From the human T2T-CHM13v2.0 reference genome, Homo sapiens: 64,000 nt of DNA. The notes below the pieces were generated by a model. It saw nothing but the letters and a program-made list of their open reading frames with translations, searched no databases and was not told the origin of the DNA. Numbering within the stretch: position 1 is the stretch's first letter; the number at the start of each line of letters is the position of its first letter. Shown piece by piece: positions 56,801 through 64,000 of this stretch. The stretch lies in the NCBI RefSeq assembly GCF_009914755.1, contig NC_060935.1; one strand, written 5' to 3'. A program made the position numbers and the translations under genes.

Positions 56801-59800
56801 TCTGTGACTTGAATGCACACTTCACCAAGGAGTTTTCTGAGATGGCTTCAGTCTAGTTTTCATGTGAAGATATTTCCTTTTCCACCGTAGGACACAATGC
56901 ACTCCAAATATCCACTTGCAGATTCTACAAAAAGAGTGTTTCCAAACTGAAAGAAACGGTTCAACTCTGTGAGTTGAATGCACACATCACAAAGATGTTT
57001 CTGAGTATGCTTCTGTCTACTTTTTATGAGAAGATATTTCATCTTCCACCACAGGTCTCAAAGCGCCCCAAATATCCACTTGCAGATTGTACAAAAAGAG
57101 CATTTCAAAACTGCTCCATCAGGAGAAAGGTTCAACTTTGTGAGATGAATGCACACATCCCAAAGAAGTTTCCAGAATGCCTCTGTGTACTTTACATGTG
57201 AAGATATTTCCTTTCGACCACAGGCCTCAAAGAGCTCCAAATATCCATTTGTTGATACTACAAAAAGAGTGTTTCCAAACTGCTCAATCCAAAGAAAGAT
57301 TCAACTCTGTGAGTTGAATGCACACATCGCAAAGAAGTTTCTGAGAATGCCTCTGTCTAGTTTTTATATGAAGATATTACCTTTTCCACCATAGTTCTAA
57401 AAGTGCTCCAATTATCCACTTGCAGATTCTGCAAATGAGTTTTTCAAAACTGCTCAATCATCAGAATGGTTCAACTCTGTGAGGTGAATGCACATCTCAA
57501 AAAGAAGTTTCTCCGAATGTTTCTGTCTAGTTTTTAAGTGAAGATATTTCCTTTTCAGCTATACGATTCTAAGCGCTCCAAATATCCCTTTGCAGATATT
57601 TGAAAAAGAGAGTCCCCAAACTGCTCAATCAAAACAAAAGTTCAACTCTGTGAGTTGAATGCACACATCACAAAGAAGTTTCTGAGAATACTTCTGTCTA
57701 GTTTTTATGTGAAGGTATTTCCTTTTTCACCATAGGCCTCAAAGCACTACAAATATCCACCTGCAGATTTTACAAAACGAGTGTTTAAAGCTGCTCTATC
57801 AAAAGAAAGGTTCAACTCTCTGAGACAAATGCACACATCACAAAGAAGTTTCTCAGAATGCTTCTGTGCTGATTTTATGTGAAGAAATTTCCTTTCGACC
57901 ATAGATCTCAAAGCACTCCAAATATCCATTTGCAGATATCACAAAAAGAATGTTTCCAAACTGTTCAATGAAAGGAAAGGTACAGCTCTGTGAGATGAAT
58001 TCACACATCACAAAGACGTTTCTCAGAATGCTTCTGTCTAGTTTTTATGTGAAGATATTTCCTTTTCAGCTGTAGGCCTCAAAGCACTTCAAATATCCAT
58101 TTGCAGATACTACAAAAACAGTTTTTCCAATCTGCTCAATCAATACAAAGGTTCAACTCTACGATTTCAATGCACATATCACAAACATGTTTGTGAGAAT
58201 GCATCTGTCTAGTTTTTATGTGAAGACATTTCCTTTTCCACCATAGGCCTCAAGCACTCCAAATATCCAGTTGTAGATTCTACAAAAAGAGTGTTTCAAA
58301 ACTGCTCAATCAAAAGAAAGCTTCAACTCTGTGAAATGAATGCACACCTACAAAGAAGTTTCTTAGAATGCTTCTGTCTAGTTTTTATGTGAAGATATTT
58401 CCTTTTCAGCTATGGGCTTCATAGTGCTCACAAATCCATTTGCAGATACTACAAAAAGAGTGTTTCCAAATTACTCAATCAAACGAAAGGATCAACTCTG
58501 TGAGTTGAATGCTCGTTTCACATAGAATTTTATGAGAAGTGCTCTGTCTAGATTTTATGTGAAGATATTTCCTTTTCCTCCACAGGCCTCACAGTGCCTC
58601 AAATATCCGCCAGCTGATTCTACAAAAAGAGCATTTCAAAACTGCACAATCAAAAGGAAGCTTCAACTCTGTGAGATGAATGTGCACATCACAAAGAAGT
58701 TTCTTAAAATGTTTCTGTTTAGTTTTTATGTGAAAATGTTTCCTTTTCCACTAAAGACCTCAAAGCACTGCACATATCCCCTTGCACATTCTGCAAAAAG
58801 AGTGTTTCAAAACTGCTCAATCAAAAAATATTTCAACTTTGTGAGATGAATGCCCACAACACGAAGTTTCTCAGAATACTTCTGTGTAGTTTTTATGTGA
58901 AGATATTTCCTTTTCCACATACAGACCTCAAAGCGCTCCAAATATCCATTTGCAGGTACTACAAAAAGAGTGTTTCAAAACTGCTCAACCAAAGGAAAGG
59001 TTCAACTCTGTGAGATGAATGCACACATCACAAATAAGTTTCACTGAATTTTTCTCTCTAGTTTTTATGTGAGGATATTTCCTTTTCAGCTATAGGCCTC
59101 AAAGCGCTCCAAATATCCATTTGCAGATACTACAAAAAGAGTGTTTCCAAACTACTCTACCAAAAGAAAGGTTCAAAACTGTAAGTCGAAGGCATACATC
59201 CCAAATAAGTTTCTGAGAATTCTTCTGTCTAATTGTTATGTGAAGATATTTCATTTTCCGCCATAGGCCTCAAAACACCCCAAATAACCATTTGCGGATT
59301 TTACAAAAATAGTGTCTCAAATCTTCTCAATCAAAAGAAAAATTCAACTCTGTGAGATGAAGGCACACATCACAAAAAGTTTCTCACAATGCTTCTGTCT
59401 AGTTTTTATTTGGAGATATTTCCTTTTAAGCTATCGGTCTCAAAGCGCTCCAAATATCCATTTGCAGATACTACAAAAAGAATGTTTCTAAACTGTTCAA
59501 TGAAAAGAAATGTTCAACTCTGTGAGTTGAATGCACACATCACAAATAAGTTTCTGAGAATACTTCTGTCTAGTTTTTATGAGAAGATAATTCCTTTTCC
59601 ACCATAGGCCTCAAAGCACTCCAAATATCCATTTGCAGATACTATAAAAAGAGTGTTTCCAAACTGCTCAATCAAAAGAAGGTTTGAAATCTTTGAGTTG
59701 AATGCACACGTTACAAAGATGTTTCTGTGAATGCTTCCATTTATTATATGAATATATTTCCTTTTCCACCATAGGCCTCAAAGTGCTCCAAATATCCATT

Positions 59801-60102
59801 TGCAGATTCTACAAAAAGAGTGTTTCAAAACTGCTCAATCAAAGAAAGATTCACCTCTCTGAGGTGAATACTCACATCACAAAAAAGTTTCTCTTAATGC
59901 TTCTGTCTAGTTTTTATGTGAAGATATTTCCCTTTCAGCTATAGGTCTCTTAAGCACTCCAAATATCCATTTACAGTTACTGCAAAAAGAGTGTTTCCAA
60001 ACTATTCAATCAAAAGAAAGTTTCAACTCTGTGAGTTGAATGCACACATCACAAAGAAGATTATGAGAATGCTTCTGTCTAGTTTTCATGTGAAGGTATT
60101 TC
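50881..60102 (-). repeat. Alpha satellite (SF4-like) monomeric/loosely dimeric array
   Basis: Continuous ~171-bp monomers resuming in register after L1-C. Confidence 0.95.
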
Positions 60103-60110
60103 TTTTTTTT

Positions 60111-60200
60111 AAACAATTCATTTTGTTTATTGTGAAGATTACAATAGATAACACATGTAAGTCTTGCATATGTTATGTGCTCATTATATAGTGTTCCTCA
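60111..60200 (-). other. 3'-transduced unique sequence with polyadenylation signal
   Basis: Non-alpha, non-L1 sequence between two A-tails. Minus-strand AATAAA (tttatt, 60126-60131) lies 15 nt upstream of the terminal poly(A) and inside the TSDs. Confidence 0.85.
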
Positions 60201-60798
60201 TTCTTTTTATTTTATTATTATACTTTAAGTTTTAGGGTACATGTGCACAATAGGCAGGTTAGTTACATTTGTATATATGTGCAATGCTTGTGTGCTGCAG
60301 CCGTTAACTCGTCCTTTAGCTTTACGTATATCTCCTATAGATATCCCTCCCCCCTCCACCCCCACCACAAATGTCCCCAGAATGTGATATTCCCCCTCAT
60401 GTGTCCATGTGTTCTCATTGTTCAATTCCCACCTATGAGTGAGAATATGCGGTGTTTGGTTTTTTGTTCTTGCTATAGTTTACTGAGAATGATGATTTCC
60501 AATTTCATCCATGTCCCTACAAAGGACATGAACTCATCATTTTTTATGGCTGCGTAGTATTCCATGGTGTATATGTGCCACATTTTCTTAATCCAGTCTA
60601 TCATTATTGGACATTTGGGTTGGTTCCAAATCTTTGCTGTTGTGAATAGTGCCACAATAAACATACGAGTGCATGTGTCTTTACAGCAGCATGATTTATA
60701 GTCCTTTGGGTATATACACAGTAATGGGATGCCTGAGTCAAATGATATTTCTAGTTCTAGGAGCCACACTGACTTCCACAAGGGATGAACTAGTTTAC

Positions 60799-64000
<3,202 letters not shown>

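Overview
This is primate, almost certainly human, pericentromeric DNA: about 47 kb of diverged ~171-bp alpha satellite interrupted by four LINE-1 elements. I found no host genes, RNA genes or CENP-B boxes, and the ORFs in the satellite are reading-frame artefacts. Alpha strand is given relative to the usual CATTCTCAGAAAC... consensus. The satellite forms distinct layers: an old dimeric type (1-13776, minus), an intermediate type (13785-~21740, plus), and an SF4/M1-like type (~21740-40210 plus, 46388-64000 minus). Orientation switches twice, at ~13780 and at the poly(A) tail of the second L1. L1-A (31375-37570, +) and L1-B (40208-46387, -) are full-length, decayed L1PA3/PA4-like elements in tail-to-tail inverted arrangement. 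They share the same 5' junction and many private substitutions, so they look like one insertion duplicated at the DNA level. L1-C (49959-50880, +) is a young 5'-truncated L1HS pre-Ta-like copy. L1-D (60103-62776) is a twin-primed element carrying a ~90-bp 3' transduction with its own AATAAA and poly(A). The most intriguing signal is the mosaic sharing of non-consensus substitutions among L1-A, L1-B and the independently inserted L1-D, which suggests sequence exchange among satellite-embedded L1s. I see no evidence for a new protein-coding system. All comparisons were made by eye against recalled consensus sequences, so subfamily and layer names are inferences.
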